From an uncultured SAR116 cluster alpha proteobacterium (GTDB taxonomy: Bacteria; Pseudomonadota; Alphaproteobacteria; Puniceispirillales; Marisalimonadaceae): a stretch of 64,000 bases of DNA. The position numbers and the translations under genes were made by a program. Under the pieces are notes generated by a model, which worked only from the letters and a program-made list of their open reading frames with translations, ran no database searches and was not told where the DNA came from. Positions 30,398-40,320 of this stretch are shown piece by piece. Where the stretch lies: positions 6,289 through 70,288 of the forward strand of contig CACNRW010000011.1 in assembly GCA_902622875.1 (NCBI GenBank), written 5' to 3'. Numbering within the stretch: the first letter of the stretch is position 1; each line of letters begins with the position of its first letter.

Positions 30398-30862
30398 TTA
30401 ACTCGCTTTCAATTCGTCTATAGCTTTCATAACAGAAGCATGAGATCCACAACGACATAATTGTCCTTCTAGACAAGAAAGAATTTCTTTTTTTGTAGGA
30501 TCATTTTTCTTAAGAAAAACTGATGAGAGAGAGATAATAATCCCACTCGTACAATAACCACATTGGGCGGCATTGAAATGTTTAAAAGCTTCTTGAATAG
30601 TGTTTAAACCTTTATCAGTTTGTAAGCCTTCAATAGTAGTTATTTTACAATTTTGATAGTCTTTAGCTAAAATATTGCAGGAATTTTTTTTCTCACCATC
30701 TATTAAAACTGCACAACTTCCACATTGACCTAAACCACATCCTAACTTTGTTCCAATCAATCCCAATTCATCTCTAATAACAAATATTAAAGGTTTGTCT
30801 TCATGTATATATACAGTTTTATTCTTTCCATTTATATTTAAGTTACATTTAATTTTAGCCAT
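30398..30862 (-). CDS. [2Fe-2S] subunit (NicA/IorA/CoxS family)
   Basis: GCGLGQCGSC, QCGYC, LCRC. Confidence 0.93.
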   Translation of the reverse strand: MAKIKCNLNINGKNKTVYIHEDKPLIFVIRDELGLIGTKLGCGLGQCGSCAVLIDGEKKNSCNILAKDYQNCKITTIEGLQTDKGLNTIQEAFKHFNAAQCGYCTSGIIISLSSVFLKKNDPTKKEILSCLEGQLCRCGSHASVMKAIDELKAS

Positions 30863-30880
30863 GTTATTGTTTGCTTTTTA

Positions 30881-31855
30881 TTAATCTGGTAATAATACTA
30901 ATTTACCAAAGTGTTTGTTTTCATTCATTATATTTAATGCATCACTAGCTTCATTTAATCGAAATGTCTGAAAAATTACATGGCGAATTTTTCCATCAAC
31001 AACGTAACCCCAAAGGTCCTTATTTGCAACTCTAGCTACATCTAAATTTTCTTCAACAGATCTGGTTCTACCTGTAGTCCCAACATAATGAAGTCGTCTT
31101 TTAGCATGCAAATCATAGTTAAAATTACCGTTCATACCGGCAAGTCTACCAATATTTATTAAATGACCATTAATTTTAGTAGCTTCCATGTTTTTATTTA
31201 CAAAATCACCAGATAGCATATCTATTAAAACATCTACACCTTTTCCCTCAGTAACGTCTAGGACTTTGTCTAACCAATTTTCTTTAGATGTATCAATTGA
31301 AATATCTGCTCCATAGCTTGATAGTTTAGATAATTTATTCTGATTTGTAGATGATCCTAAAATTAAAGATGCTCCTAGTGCTTTTGCAATCTGCAACCCT
31401 ATAATTCCAACCCCACTACTCGCTCCTTGAATAAAAACAGATTGACCAGGGATAAATTTGCCGTTGGTAACTATTGCATCATGCATAGTTTGAAGATTAC
31501 CTTGGATTGAAGCAGCTTGTTCCCATGAAATTTGTTTTGGATTAAATTTTATAGCTCTTTTATGATTTGCAACAGCATATTCTGCCCAGCCAGAACCTCC
31601 TCTACACATAACTTTATCTCCAACTTTAAGGTCTTCGACACCCTCACCTAATTCTACAATTTCTCCAGCGAATTCTCCACCAATAATTTTAGTATCACCA
31701 CCAGTATGCCCAAAGGATTGCCCTTGTGTTTCAAGAAGATCGGATCTATTTAAGCCACAAGATTTTACTTTGACTAACACCTGTTCACTAGTAGGTTCTG
31801 GATTAGGTAAATCTTTTATTTCAACTCCATCATCTCCAAGTGTTACTGCCTTCAT
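30881..31855 (-). CDS. NADPH:quinone oxidoreductase (zeta-crystallin-like MDR)
   Basis: GLNRSD, GASSGVG, HFGKLVL; ATG 31855 has a GGAGG RBS (ORF track starts at 31867). Confidence 0.88.
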   Translation of the reverse strand: MKAVTLGDDGVEIKDLPNPEPTSEQVLVKVKSCGLNRSDLLETQGQSFGHTGGDTKIIGGEFAGEIVELGEGVEDLKVGDKVMCRGGSGWAEYAVANHKRAIKFNPKQISWEQAASIQGNLQTMHDAIVTNGKFIPGQSVFIQGASSGVGIIGLQIAKALGASLILGSSTNQNKLSKLSSYGADISIDTSKENWLDKVLDVTEGKGVDVLIDMLSGDFVNKNMEATKINGHLINIGRLAGMNGNFNYDLHAKRRLHYVGTTGRTRSVEENLDVARVANKDLWGYVVDGKIRHVIFQTFRLNEASDALNIMNENKHFGKLVLLPD

Positions 31856-31933
31856 TTTGTCCTCCAATAAGTGATAAATTTTATAGATAAATCTCTAATA
31901 AAATAACATGTAAAAATAAAGGTCAAGTTTAAA

Positions 31934-31947
31934 GTACCGATTAGTAT
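31934..31947. promoter_or_regulatory. Candidate TetR operator (third copy)
   Basis: GTAC-CGATTA-GTAT just upstream of a minus-strand TTGACC -35 (31926-31921) preceding the qor-nicAB-like operon. Confidence 0.35.
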
Positions 31948-31955
31948 TTAATATC

Positions 31956-32720
31956 CTATCTAGCAGTCCAACCACCATCTACTAACACACTTGATCCAGT
32001 CATCAACGAAGAAGCATCAGAAGCTAGAAAAACAAATGGACCCATTAGATCTTTCACTTCTCCAAGTCTTCCTAATGGTATCATTCCAATTGTTGTTTTT
32101 TTAAAATCATCATCTTTTAAAAAAGGTTCTGTCATTGGAGTTTGTATGAAGGTCGGACAAATGGTATTTACCCTTATTCCCTCTGGACCTAATTCAATCG
32201 CTAGAGACTTCGTAAATCCCTCAATAGCAAACTTACTTGTGCAGTATGTAGTTCTGCTAGGGCCGCCTACGTGTCCCATCTGAGAAGAAACGTTAATTAT
32301 AGAACCTTTAATATTATTATCTAACATTTTTTTAACCACTAATCTTGTAAGGTTAATTACTGATCTAACATTTAAAGACATGACGTAAACGAAATCTTCA
32401 ATTTTGGTATCAATTAACTTTGCAGGCCTATTAGTGCCAGCGTTATTAATGAGAATGTCAAAGGGAGCACTATTATTTATAAAATTTGATACTTCTTCTT
32501 CCTTGCTTACATCTAATACTTCATATGAGGCTTTATATCCTTGGTTATTAACATGTTTTGTTAAATCTTGTAATTCTGTTTCAGTTCTTGAAACCAAAGT
32601 AACATCTGCTCCAGATTCTGCCAAGGCAATGGAAGCGCCCATTCCAATTCCACGACCAGCTCCAGTAATTAAAGCTCTTTTACCATCAAGTCTAAAACTT
32701 GGTAACTTTGGATAATTCAT
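31956..32720 (-). CDS. SDR family oxidoreductase, HpsO-like
   Basis: PSFRLDGKRALITGAGRGIG, SSQMGHVG, YCTSK, DGGWTAR; immediately downstream of the HpsN-like gene. Confidence 0.85.
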   Translation of the reverse strand: MNYPKLPSFRLDGKRALITGAGRGIGMGASIALAESGADVTLVSRTETELQDLTKHVNNQGYKASYEVLDVSKEEEVSNFINNSAPFDILINNAGTNRPAKLIDTKIEDFVYVMSLNVRSVINLTRLVVKKMLDNNIKGSIINVSSQMGHVGGPSRTTYCTSKFAIEGFTKSLAIELGPEGIRVNTICPTFIQTPMTEPFLKDDDFKKTTIGMIPLGRLGEVKDLMGPFVFLASDASSLMTGSSVLVDGGWTAR

Positions 32721-32728
32721 CAATTCTC

Positions 32729-34036
32729 CTATTCAGCAGCAGCATATGGCTCAATGTTTTTTCTACCATATCTTCTAACTCTAACATTAGCTTGCTCACC
32801 GTGACCAGAAAAACCTTCGAGCGCACATAACCTAGAACAATATTCACCTACAAGAGCAGATGCTTCATCAGTTAATACTTTTTGATATGTACAAGTTTTT
32901 AAAAACTTCCCTACCCATAAACCACCAGTGTATCTTGCAGCTGTTTTAGTTGGTAAAGTATGATTTGTTCCTATTACCTTATCACCAAAAGCAACATTTG
33001 TTCTAGAACCCAAAAATAAGGCACCATAATTAGTCATATTTTTATGAAAATAATCAGGGTCTTCGGTCATTACTTGGACATGCTCAAAAGCTAAATCATC
33101 AGCAACTTCAACCATTTCTACAATATTATCACAAACAATAACTTGACCATATTCTTTCCATGATTCTTTTGCAATTTCAGCAGTTGGTAAAATATTCAAC
33201 TGTCTTTCAACTTCCTTGATCGTATCGATAGCAAGCTCATTTGAGTCCGTTAATAATATAGCAGGACTGGTAGGACCGTGTTCTGCTTGTCCTAAAAGGT
33301 CAATTGCACAAATTTCCGGATCAGAAGTTTTGTCTGCAATTATTAGTGTTTCAGTGGGGCCAGCAAACAAATCAATGCCAACTCTTCCAAACAATTGTCT
33401 TTTAGCTTCTGCAACAAACATATTACCTGGTCCAACTAACATATCAACACCATTTATTGTTTCAGTACCTATAGCCATAGCTGCCACAGCTTGAATACCT
33501 CCAAGGCATAAAATTTTATCTGCTCCACCCATATGCATAGCTGCAACAATCGCTGGATGCGGCTCACCACCTTGTGGAGGGGCAGAAGCTATGATTTCTT
33601 TCACGCCTGCTACTTTAGCTGTTAATACTGACATATGAGCAGATGCTACCATAGGATATTTACCACCCGGCACATAACAGCCAACCCTGTTCATAGGTAT
33701 ATTTTTATGACCTAAAATTACACCTGGCATAGTTTCTACTTCTAAATCTTTTATACATTCTAATTGTTTTTTGGCAAAATTTCTGACTTGAGTTTGAGCA
33801 AATTTAATGTCCTCAATATCTCTATCTGAAACTTTGCTGATTGCAGTTTTAATTTCTTCTTTACTCAGAATAAAATTATCTGGAGAGTAATTATCAAATT
33901 TTTTTGACAATTCTCTAACTGCCTGATCACCTCTTGAGCTAACATCAGCTAAAATTGACTCTACTGTATTTCTTACTTTTGCGTCTGCTTCAATAATTTC
34001 AGTTTCAGACTTACCTTCTTTTATCCACTTTGCCAT
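32729..34036 (-). CDS. Histidinol-dehydrogenase paralog, HpsN-like (sulfopropanediol dehydrogenase subfamily)
   Basis: [33 protein letters not shown]; no his genes nearby. Confidence 0.85.
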   Translation of the reverse strand: MAKWIKEGKSETEIIEADAKVRNTVESILADVSSRGDQAVRELSKKFDNYSPDNFILSKEEIKTAISKVSDRDIEDIKFAQTQVRNFAKKQLECIKDLEVETMPGVILGHKNIPMNRVGCYVPGGKYPMVASAHMSVLTAKVAGVKEIIASAPPQGGEPHPAIVAAMHMGGADKILCLGGIQAVAAMAIGTETINGVDMLVGPGNMFVAEAKRQLFGRVGIDLFAGPTETLIIADKTSDPEICAIDLLGQAEHGPTSPAILLTDSNELAIDTIKEVERQLNILPTAEIAKESWKEYGQVIVCDNIVEMVEVADDLAFEHVQVMTEDPDYFHKNMTNYGALFLGSRTNVAFGDKVIGTNHTLPTKTAARYTGGLWVGKFLKTCTYQKVLTDEASALVGEYCSRLCALEGFSGHGEQANVRVRRYGRKNIEPYAAAE

Positions 34037-34100
34037 TTATTCCTCATATCTTTCTTAAATTAAGTTTTTTTGATAATATTAATATTTTTAAATATATCAA

Positions 34101-34598
34101 TTAAGAAATCTTGCCATTCCAGTAAAGCAAAGGTTCATTTTTTTTGTGATAATGTGATTTAATTTCACCAACTAAGATTTGATGGTCTCCTCCATCATAA
34201 TAATTCCATTTTACGCAATCAAACCACGCAAGAGTACCATCGATAATAGGATGTCCATTTTCACTAAAATTCCAATCTACATTATCAAATTTATTTTCAA
34301 TAGGTGAAGAAAAATGTAAACATAAGTCTTTTTGATTTTTGGAGAGTATATTCACGGCATATCCATTAGCATTCAAAAATATATCATAACTTGGTTGTTT
34401 CTTATTAATACTCCATAATACTAAAGGTGGATTAAGTGATACCGATGCAAAACTATTGACAGTCATTCCAATTGGTTTTTGATTATTATCTAATGTACTA
34501 ACAATCGTTATTCCAGTTGAAAACATTCCAAGAGATTTTTTTAAAAGTGCTTCATCATCAATATTTTTTATGTTTAGATTTACATTTGTATTATTCAT
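34101..34598 (-). CDS. Flavin reductase (HpaC/DszD-like)
   Basis: LGMFSTGITIV, GMTVNSFASVSLNPPLVLW, GGDH; ATG 34598 preferred over the ORF-track 34637. Confidence 0.92.
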   Translation of the reverse strand: MNNTNVNLNIKNIDDEALLKKSLGMFSTGITIVSTLDNNQKPIGMTVNSFASVSLNPPLVLWSINKKQPSYDIFLNANGYAVNILSKNQKDLCLHFSSPIENKFDNVDWNFSENGHPIIDGTLAWFDCVKWNYYDGGDHQILVGEIKSHYHKKNEPLLYWNGKIS

Positions 34599-34653
34599 AT
34601 AATTTCTCGAAATTAAATAATTTACTTTTATTAACATAGATTTATGTATTATA

Positions 34654-34694
34654 AGTAATTATTTATTTATATGAATTACATCAATTTTATTGAT
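34654..34694 (-). promoter_or_regulatory. Candidate LysR site D in the lysR/flavin reductase divergent promoter
   Basis: Minus strand ATCAATAAAATTGAT (34694-34680), 17-nt gap, ATAATTACT (34662-34654); typical autoregulatory position. Confidence 0.65.
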
Positions 34695-34705
34695 ACGTGG
34701 GAATA

Positions 34706-35653
34706 ATGACAGTTTCTATAAAACAATTGAAAGCATTTGTAGCAGTAGTAGAAGAAAAATCTTTTAGCGTTGCAGCTCAAAGATTAAATGCCACCCAATC
34801 TGGTATGTCAATGTTAGTTCAAAACTTAGAAATAAGCATTGGTAAAAAACTTATAAATAGAATACCTGGAAAAATGATATTAACTGAAAGCGGTAAAAGT
34901 TTTTATAAATATTCTCTAGATATTTTGAAATTAATGGAAAAGGCACTTATAGATGTTAGAGCCGAAGAAAAAGAATTAACCGGAACATTTAATTGTGGTT
35001 TAATGCCTACATTCACAAGATCTGCATTACCTATAACGTTATCTCAATTTCTTAAAGAACACCCAAAAGTTGATATTAAAATTACTGAAGCTTATTCAGG
35101 AGTTTTAGAAGAAATGGTTCGATCAAATAAACTTGAGTTTGCAATTGTTCCATCAGTCAAAAATCCAACTGGATTGAATGTAGAATTTGTGTCAAGTGAT
35201 ATTAACTTGTTAGTAACCAGTAAAAAATCAGAGTTTAAACATCTTGAACCTGTAAACCTCTCAGTTATTAAAAATATTAAAATAATATTACCAGGTCCAG
35301 ATAACTCTAGAAGAATTGCTCAAAACCAATATTTTGCAACACATAATATTGATATTGATAAAATGTTAGAAATGGATGGTATGATCGGTACATTAGAGTT
35401 AGTTGCTAATAGTGATTGGTGTGCTATTTTACCTGCTGCTTTATGTGATTTAGATCTTTCAGGAGATTTTAGAACTTTATCACCGCTCACCTCCCCACCT
35501 CTTACAACAGATTACGTTATAATTACTTCTGCTAGTAAAGAATTAAGTCCAGTTGCAGAAATTTTTAGTAAAAGAATACGAAAAGAAATCAAAAATATAA
35601 GTGAAAAATTAAATAAAAAAGTAAATTATAATTTAATTAATAATAATAGCTGA
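34706..35653 (+). CDS. LysR family transcriptional regulator
   Basis: LKAFVAVVEEKSFSVAAQRLNATQSGMS HTH; ATG 34706 follows GTGGGA (GTG 34697 is the alternative). Confidence 0.95.
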   Translation: MTVSIKQLKAFVAVVEEKSFSVAAQRLNATQSGMSMLVQNLEISIGKKLINRIPGKMILTESGKSFYKYSLDILKLMEKALIDVRAEEKELTGTFNCGLMPTFTRSALPITLSQFLKEHPKVDIKITEAYSGVLEEMVRSNKLEFAIVPSVKNPTGLNVEFVSSDINLLVTSKKSEFKHLEPVNLSVIKNIKIILPGPDNSRRIAQNQYFATHNIDIDKMLEMDGMIGTLELVANSDWCAILPAALCDLDLSGDFRTLSPLTSPPLTTDYVIITSASKELSPVAEIFSKRIRKEIKNISEKLNKKVNYNLINNNS

Positions 35654-35680
35654 TATTAATTATTACTATATATGATTTGA
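35640..35680 (+). promoter_or_regulatory. Candidate LysR site E (faces dctQMP)
   Basis: ATAATAATAGCTGAT (35640-35654, 1 mismatch), 17-nt gap, ATGATTTGA (35672-35680). Confidence 0.5.
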
Positions 35681-35725
35681 TAAGAGTGATACTATTATTA
35701 ATAGTATTTAATAACGAGGAATATA

Positions 35726-36199
35726 TTGAATAATTTTTTTAAAAAAATACCAGAATATTTACAATCTATTGCAGCAATTTGGCTTATATTGGTAGCTTTA
35801 ACAATATTTGCAGAAGTAACTTTTAGGAACTTTGGATTTTTTCTTGGTGCTGACCAAATTGTCCAAAACTCAGTTCCCGCGATTGTATTTCTTCAGGTTC
35901 CATTTGCAATTGCCTCAGGTACAATGTTGAGAACCACGTTGATTTTCGATTTTTTTAAAGCTAGAGGCAAAAAAATAATAAATATTATTTCATATATAAT
36001 TGGAATAATGTTGTTTATTGGAATAGCAGTAGGTGGCTGGACAGATATGATAAAAGGTTGGGAAATTCGTGAGTATCAAGGTATTGGTGCTATTGAATTT
36101 CCAGTTTACCCTATTAGAACTGTTATCATATTTTCTTCAATTATAGTTGTTTTTATTTATATTTCACTCATCATGAATTCATTTACAAAAAAAAAATGA
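35726..36199 (+). CDS. dctQ: TRAP small permease
   Basis: 4 TM, EVTFRNF, IVFLQ, FPVYP; upstream of dctM. Confidence 0.85.
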   Translation: MNNFFKKIPEYLQSIAAIWLILVALTIFAEVTFRNFGFFLGADQIVQNSVPAIVFLQVPFAIASGTMLRTTLIFDFFKARGKKIINIISYIIGIMLFIGIAVGGWTDMIKGWEIREYQGIGAIEFPVYPIRTVIIFSSIIVVFIYISLIMNSFTKKK

Positions 36200-36220
36200 A
36201 GCTTTCAAAGGGATAATAAA

Positions 36221-37537
36221 TTGGAAATAGATTTAGACATACTTATGATTTTAACTTTAATGGGTATGCTTTTAGCAATCTTTTCTGGTGTACATATAGC
36301 CCTAGCACTTGGTGCAACAGCTATGGTTGGCACATATTTTATATTTGAAGATGCATATATGGCAGCGAGTCAAGTTGGAGGCGCAGCTTATGAACTAATT
36401 AGAGATCATATTTTTATGACTATACCTCTATTTGTTCTTATGGGTGACTTTTTATCAAGAAGTGGTGCTGCAGCGGATCTTTACACACTTATTAATAAAG
36501 GTCTTAAAGGGGTACCTGGAAGATTAGGTGTAGCAACAGTTACTGGGAATGCTGCTTTTGCTGCTGTAACAGGTACATCAATTGCATCGGCGGCAGCATT
36601 TTCTAGAATTGCGTGGCCTCAAATGAAAAAAGCTGGCTATGATGAAAAACTTGCTGTTGGGTCCATTGCAGGCAGTGCTTGTCTTGGAATGTTAATTCCA
36701 CCAAGTGTTCTTCTAATTGTTTGGGGAATAATAACTGAAGATTCTATTGGTAAATTATTCGTCGCTGGAGTAATTCCTGGTATTATTTTATCACTTATGT
36801 TTGCATTTTATAATTTTTACAAGGCAAAGTTAAATCCTAAATTAGCTCCTGAACCAGACAGTATAGGTGATACTGCATCAATAACCAGAGAACAGTTTTT
36901 TTCTGGAATGTCGATTTTAGGATTAATATTTGTAGTGCTAGGAGGTATTTGGGGTGGTATTTTTACACCAACTGAAGCTGCAGGCATGGGAGCTTTGGCA
37001 AGCTTTATTATAGCGTTATGTAAAGGTATGAAGTGGAACGGTATTGTTGATTCTGTTATTGATGCAGGTAAAACATCTGCACCAATTATGATACTTCTAA
37101 TAACTGCAGGTATGTACTCTAGATTTCTTTCTTTATCAGACATTGACTCAGTCATCGTTGATGCAATGTCATCTGTTGGACTAAATGAATACATGATTTT
37201 GGTTATGATGGTAGTAATTTGGCTAATACTTGGCATGCTTTTGGACTCAGTGTCAATCATCTTATTAACTGTTCCTTTATTCATTTTGTTAGCTGGTGAT
37301 ATGAACCCATACGCTTTTGCTATTTTTGGAATATTAGCTATAGAAGCAGGTTTACTTACGCCACCATTTGGTCTTATAGTTTATACAGTCAAGGGGGTTT
37401 TGGCTGCAGGTGGGGATAATGTATCTCTCGGTTCAATTTTTAGAGGATCTATTCCTTATTGGATAATGATGTTAATAGTAATGCTTTTAGTAGCATTTAT
37501 TCCTGAATTAGCTAGCTGGCCAACTCAATTTGTTTAG
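36221..37537 (+). CDS. dctM: TRAP large permease
   Basis: IPLFVLMG, LGMLIPPS, FTPTEAAG, LTPPFG. Confidence 0.95.
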   Translation: MEIDLDILMILTLMGMLLAIFSGVHIALALGATAMVGTYFIFEDAYMAASQVGGAAYELIRDHIFMTIPLFVLMGDFLSRSGAAADLYTLINKGLKGVPGRLGVATVTGNAAFAAVTGTSIASAAAFSRIAWPQMKKAGYDEKLAVGSIAGSACLGMLIPPSVLLIVWGIITEDSIGKLFVAGVIPGIILSLMFAFYNFYKAKLNPKLAPEPDSIGDTASITREQFFSGMSILGLIFVVLGGIWGGIFTPTEAAGMGALASFIIALCKGMKWNGIVDSVIDAGKTSAPIMILLITAGMYSRFLSLSDIDSVIVDAMSSVGLNEYMILVMMVVIWLILGMLLDSVSIILLTVPLFILLAGDMNPYAFAIFGILAIEAGLLTPPFGLIVYTVKGVLAAGGDNVSLGSIFRGSIPYWIMMLIVMLLVAFIPELASWPTQFV

Positions 37538-37587
37538 TAAAAACATGGGGTTATATACTAAACTTAACACTACCTAAGGAGGAAATT

Positions 37588-38688
37588 ATGATTAGGTATT
37601 TTAAAAAAGCTATTCCACTTAGCATTTTAGCTACAGGTATAATAGCAACTGCTTCAATTGCAGATACATTTACATTAAGGGTTGGATCTGGTCATCCATC
37701 AAAGCCTACTGCTTATGTAACTAATATGGAAAAGGTTTTAGTTCCAAATATTAAAAAAAGAGTAAAAGCTGAAACAGATCATAAAGTTAGAATAATTGAA
37801 GCTTATGCTGGTAAAATTGCAAAGGTTCACGAAACATTAGAGGCCGTTGAAAAAGGGCTTTTAGACATAGGTTCATATTGTGTATGCTTTGAAACTGCAA
37901 AACTATTACCTTGGAACTTTGATTATTTTGTTCCTTTTACTACAACCAATTTAGAAACTAATTGGGCAGTTAAGCATAAAATTTTAAAACAGTTCCCTAC
38001 TTTAACAAAAATGCTTGAAGATAAATACAATCAAAAATTCATTGCTATGCAAGGTTTTGATGATTATGGAATTGGTACTGTTAAGCAATGGCAAAAAGCA
38101 AATGAATTAAAAGGAGTTAAAGTTATTGCTGCTGGTCCAAATTTACCTTGGGTTTCTCTGTTTGGATCAATTCCCGTAACATCGACACTTCCAACTATGT
38201 ATAATGATTTAGCTACTGGTGTTGCAAAAGGAGTTATAATTTTTCCTTCAGCACATGCAGGTGGGTTTAAATTTTATGAACAAGCACCGTATTGGAAAGT
38301 TATAGGTTTCGGTGCCATGGCTCAAACAATCACAACCATAAATTTAGACACCATGAAAAAACTACCTCCTGAAATAGTTAAAATTATTATGGAAGAGGCT
38401 GTAAATTATGAAAAGGCAGCAGTTAAAGATGGTCAGAGGAGATATCAAAAAGGTTTAACTGATTTAGTTAAATTAGGTAAGAAGAAAGGTATTAATGACG
38501 CTGTAACTTATTTACCAGTTGAGCAACAGAAGATTTGGGCTGAAACTATTAAAGATTGGCCAAATTCAAGAGCTAAAGATATAACTAAAGACTATGGAAT
38601 GGACGGCGCCGCTTTAATGAATGCTTACATGGACGAGATGGAAAAAACTGGCCATAAATTCCCTGTTCGTTATAAAATTGGCGGCTAA
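37588..38688 (+). CDS. dctP: TRAP substrate-binding protein (copy 1)
   Basis: Signal peptide, DctP-like fold motifs (GLLDIG, ELKGVK, YNDLATGV, FYEQAPY); in dctQMP operon. Confidence 0.9.
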   Translation: MIRYFKKAIPLSILATGIIATASIADTFTLRVGSGHPSKPTAYVTNMEKVLVPNIKKRVKAETDHKVRIIEAYAGKIAKVHETLEAVEKGLLDIGSYCVCFETAKLLPWNFDYFVPFTTTNLETNWAVKHKILKQFPTLTKMLEDKYNQKFIAMQGFDDYGIGTVKQWQKANELKGVKVIAAGPNLPWVSLFGSIPVTSTLPTMYNDLATGVAKGVIIFPSAHAGGFKFYEQAPYWKVIGFGAMAQTITTINLDTMKKLPPEIVKIIMEEAVNYEKAAVKDGQRRYQKGLTDLVKLGKKKGINDAVTYLPVEQQKIWAETIKDWPNSRAKDITKDYGMDGAALMNAYMDEMEKTGHKFPVRYKIGG

Positions 38689-38709
38689 ATATATTATAAT
38701 TTAAATTTC

Positions 38710-38741
38710 AAAGACGGCCTGATTATTAGGTCGTCTTTTTT
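38710..38741 (+). terminator. Terminator after dctP copy 1 (probably bidirectional)
   Basis: AAAGACGGCCTG / TAGGTCGTCTTT stem with G-U pairs followed by a T run; between convergent genes. Confidence 0.75.
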
Positions 38742-40182
38742 ATAAACCAACTTGAGATATAAACTTTACATTTAAATAAGGTTCAATCCCTTCAGCACCC
38801 ATCTCAGAACCAACACCTGAGCCCTTTACACCGCCAAACGGATTTTCAACCAAACCCAAACCATGATGATTTATAGATATCTGACCACTTTCTATGTTAG
38901 ACCCCAATTCTTGAGCTAATTTTAAATTATTTGTATAAACATAAGCAGCAAGTCCATATTCTAGACGATTAGCTTCATCCAAAGCATCATCCAAGTGGTC
39001 GAAAGATGAAATAGGAGCTAAAGGTCCAAATGGTTCTTCATTCATAAGCTTTGAATCTGTAGAAACTTCAGTTAAAACTGTTGGTTCAAAAAAATATCCT
39101 TTATTTCCAATCCTCTTTCCCCCAGTAACTATATTTGCTCCCCGATCAACGGCATCTTTAACTAGTTTCTCAATAGTTTGTAAACGTTTTTCATGAATTA
39201 ATGGACCCATTTTAATATCATCTTCAAGACCGTTACCCACTTTTATTGATCGAACGTTTGCAACAAAAAGATTTAGAAACTTTTCATATACTTTTTTGTG
39301 AACTAAAAAACGTGAAGGAGAAATACAAATTTGGCCAGCATTTCTAAATTTAGTCCCTACTAAAGTATTAGCAGCAGTCTCTATATCTGCATCTTCCCAA
39401 ATAATAGCAGGTGAATGTCCACCAAGCTCCATAGTAACTTTTTTCATGTAACGACCAGCTAAAGACATAAGCTGCTTTCCTACCTTTGTAGAACCAGTAA
39501 ATGTTACTTTTTTAACAATTGGATGAGGAATAAGATATTCTGAAATTTCAGAAGGAATTCCAAAAACTAGGTTTAATGTTCCTTTAGGAATTCCAGCCTC
39601 ATCAAAAGCTTTAACAAACTCTGCAGTACTTGTAGGAGTTTCTTCAGGGCCTTTAACTATAATACTACATCCAGAAGCTAGTGCAGGTGCAATTTTTCTT
39701 GCAGTCTGTTGAACTGGCCAATTCCATGGTGTAAATGCTGCAACAACACCAACTGGTTCTTTAAATACAAATTGATTTACTGTTTTTGATCTTGATGGAA
39801 TTATCCTTCCATATGCCCTTCTCCCTTCTTCTGCAAACCACTCTATTTGGTCAATACCCATACCCAATTCAATTTCAGCGTCTGCAATTGGTTTCCCAGA
39901 CTCAATAGTCATTAATTTTGCAATATCTTTAGTTCTTGATTTTAAAATATCAGCAGCTTTTCTCATTATTTTTGATCTTTCAAAAGCCGAAAATTTTTTC
40001 CAAGTTAAAAATCCTTTTTGGGCTGAATTCAGGGCTAAATCCAAATCTTCTTTTCTTGCATGAGAAACTACACCGATAAAATCTTCTGTGGCTGGATTAA
40101 GAATGTTTATTGTTTCATTCTTTACTGAGTCAACCCAAGATCCATTGATAAAAAGTTTAGTTGATATATACTTATCTTTCAT
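38740..40182 (-). CDS. NAD(P)-dependent aldehyde dehydrogenase (GabD / alpha-ketoglutaric semialdehyde DH-like)
   Basis: PWN, FTGS, MELGGHSP, FRNAGQICISP, EEPFGP. Confidence 0.92.
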   Translation of the reverse strand: MKDKYISTKLFINGSWVDSVKNETINILNPATEDFIGVVSHARKEDLDLALNSAQKGFLTWKKFSAFERSKIMRKAADILKSRTKDIAKLMTIESGKPIADAEIELGMGIDQIEWFAEEGRRAYGRIIPSRSKTVNQFVFKEPVGVVAAFTPWNWPVQQTARKIAPALASGCSIIVKGPEETPTSTAEFVKAFDEAGIPKGTLNLVFGIPSEISEYLIPHPIVKKVTFTGSTKVGKQLMSLAGRYMKKVTMELGGHSPAIIWEDADIETAANTLVGTKFRNAGQICISPSRFLVHKKVYEKFLNLFVANVRSIKVGNGLEDDIKMGPLIHEKRLQTIEKLVKDAVDRGANIVTGGKRIGNKGYFFEPTVLTEVSTDSKLMNEEPFGPLAPISSFDHLDDALDEANRLEYGLAAYVYTNNLKLAQELGSNIESGQISINHHGLGLVENPFGGVKGSGVGSEMGAEGIEPYLNVKFISQVGL

Positions 40183-40300
40183 TATTGAGCACCTCCAAAT
40201 ATCAGAATTATATTAATGAGTTTTTGAGAAACAATAATAACGATATAAATTTCTTGATTTAATTCAAATACCATTTAAGTTTAATTTTAACAAGATTATA

Positions 40301-40314
40301 ATACCAATCAGTAT
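40301..40314. promoter_or_regulatory. Candidate TetR operator upstream of tetR
   Basis: ATAC-CAATCA-GTAT palindrome 6 nt before the tetR ATG; degenerate half-site ATAC at 40268, 8 nt after TTGATT (40254-40259). Confidence 0.6.
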
Positions 40315-40320
40315 CTTATT

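Noticed and set aside
32729-34036. Housekeeping hisD
   Set aside because: GPTE/GDK motifs, SDR partner and absence of his genes indicate the HpsN-like paralog clade
40230-40244. AACA-N7-CGAT upstream of the aldehyde dehydrogenase as a ninth LysR site
   Set aside because: Two mismatches and no matching second element at the fixed offset
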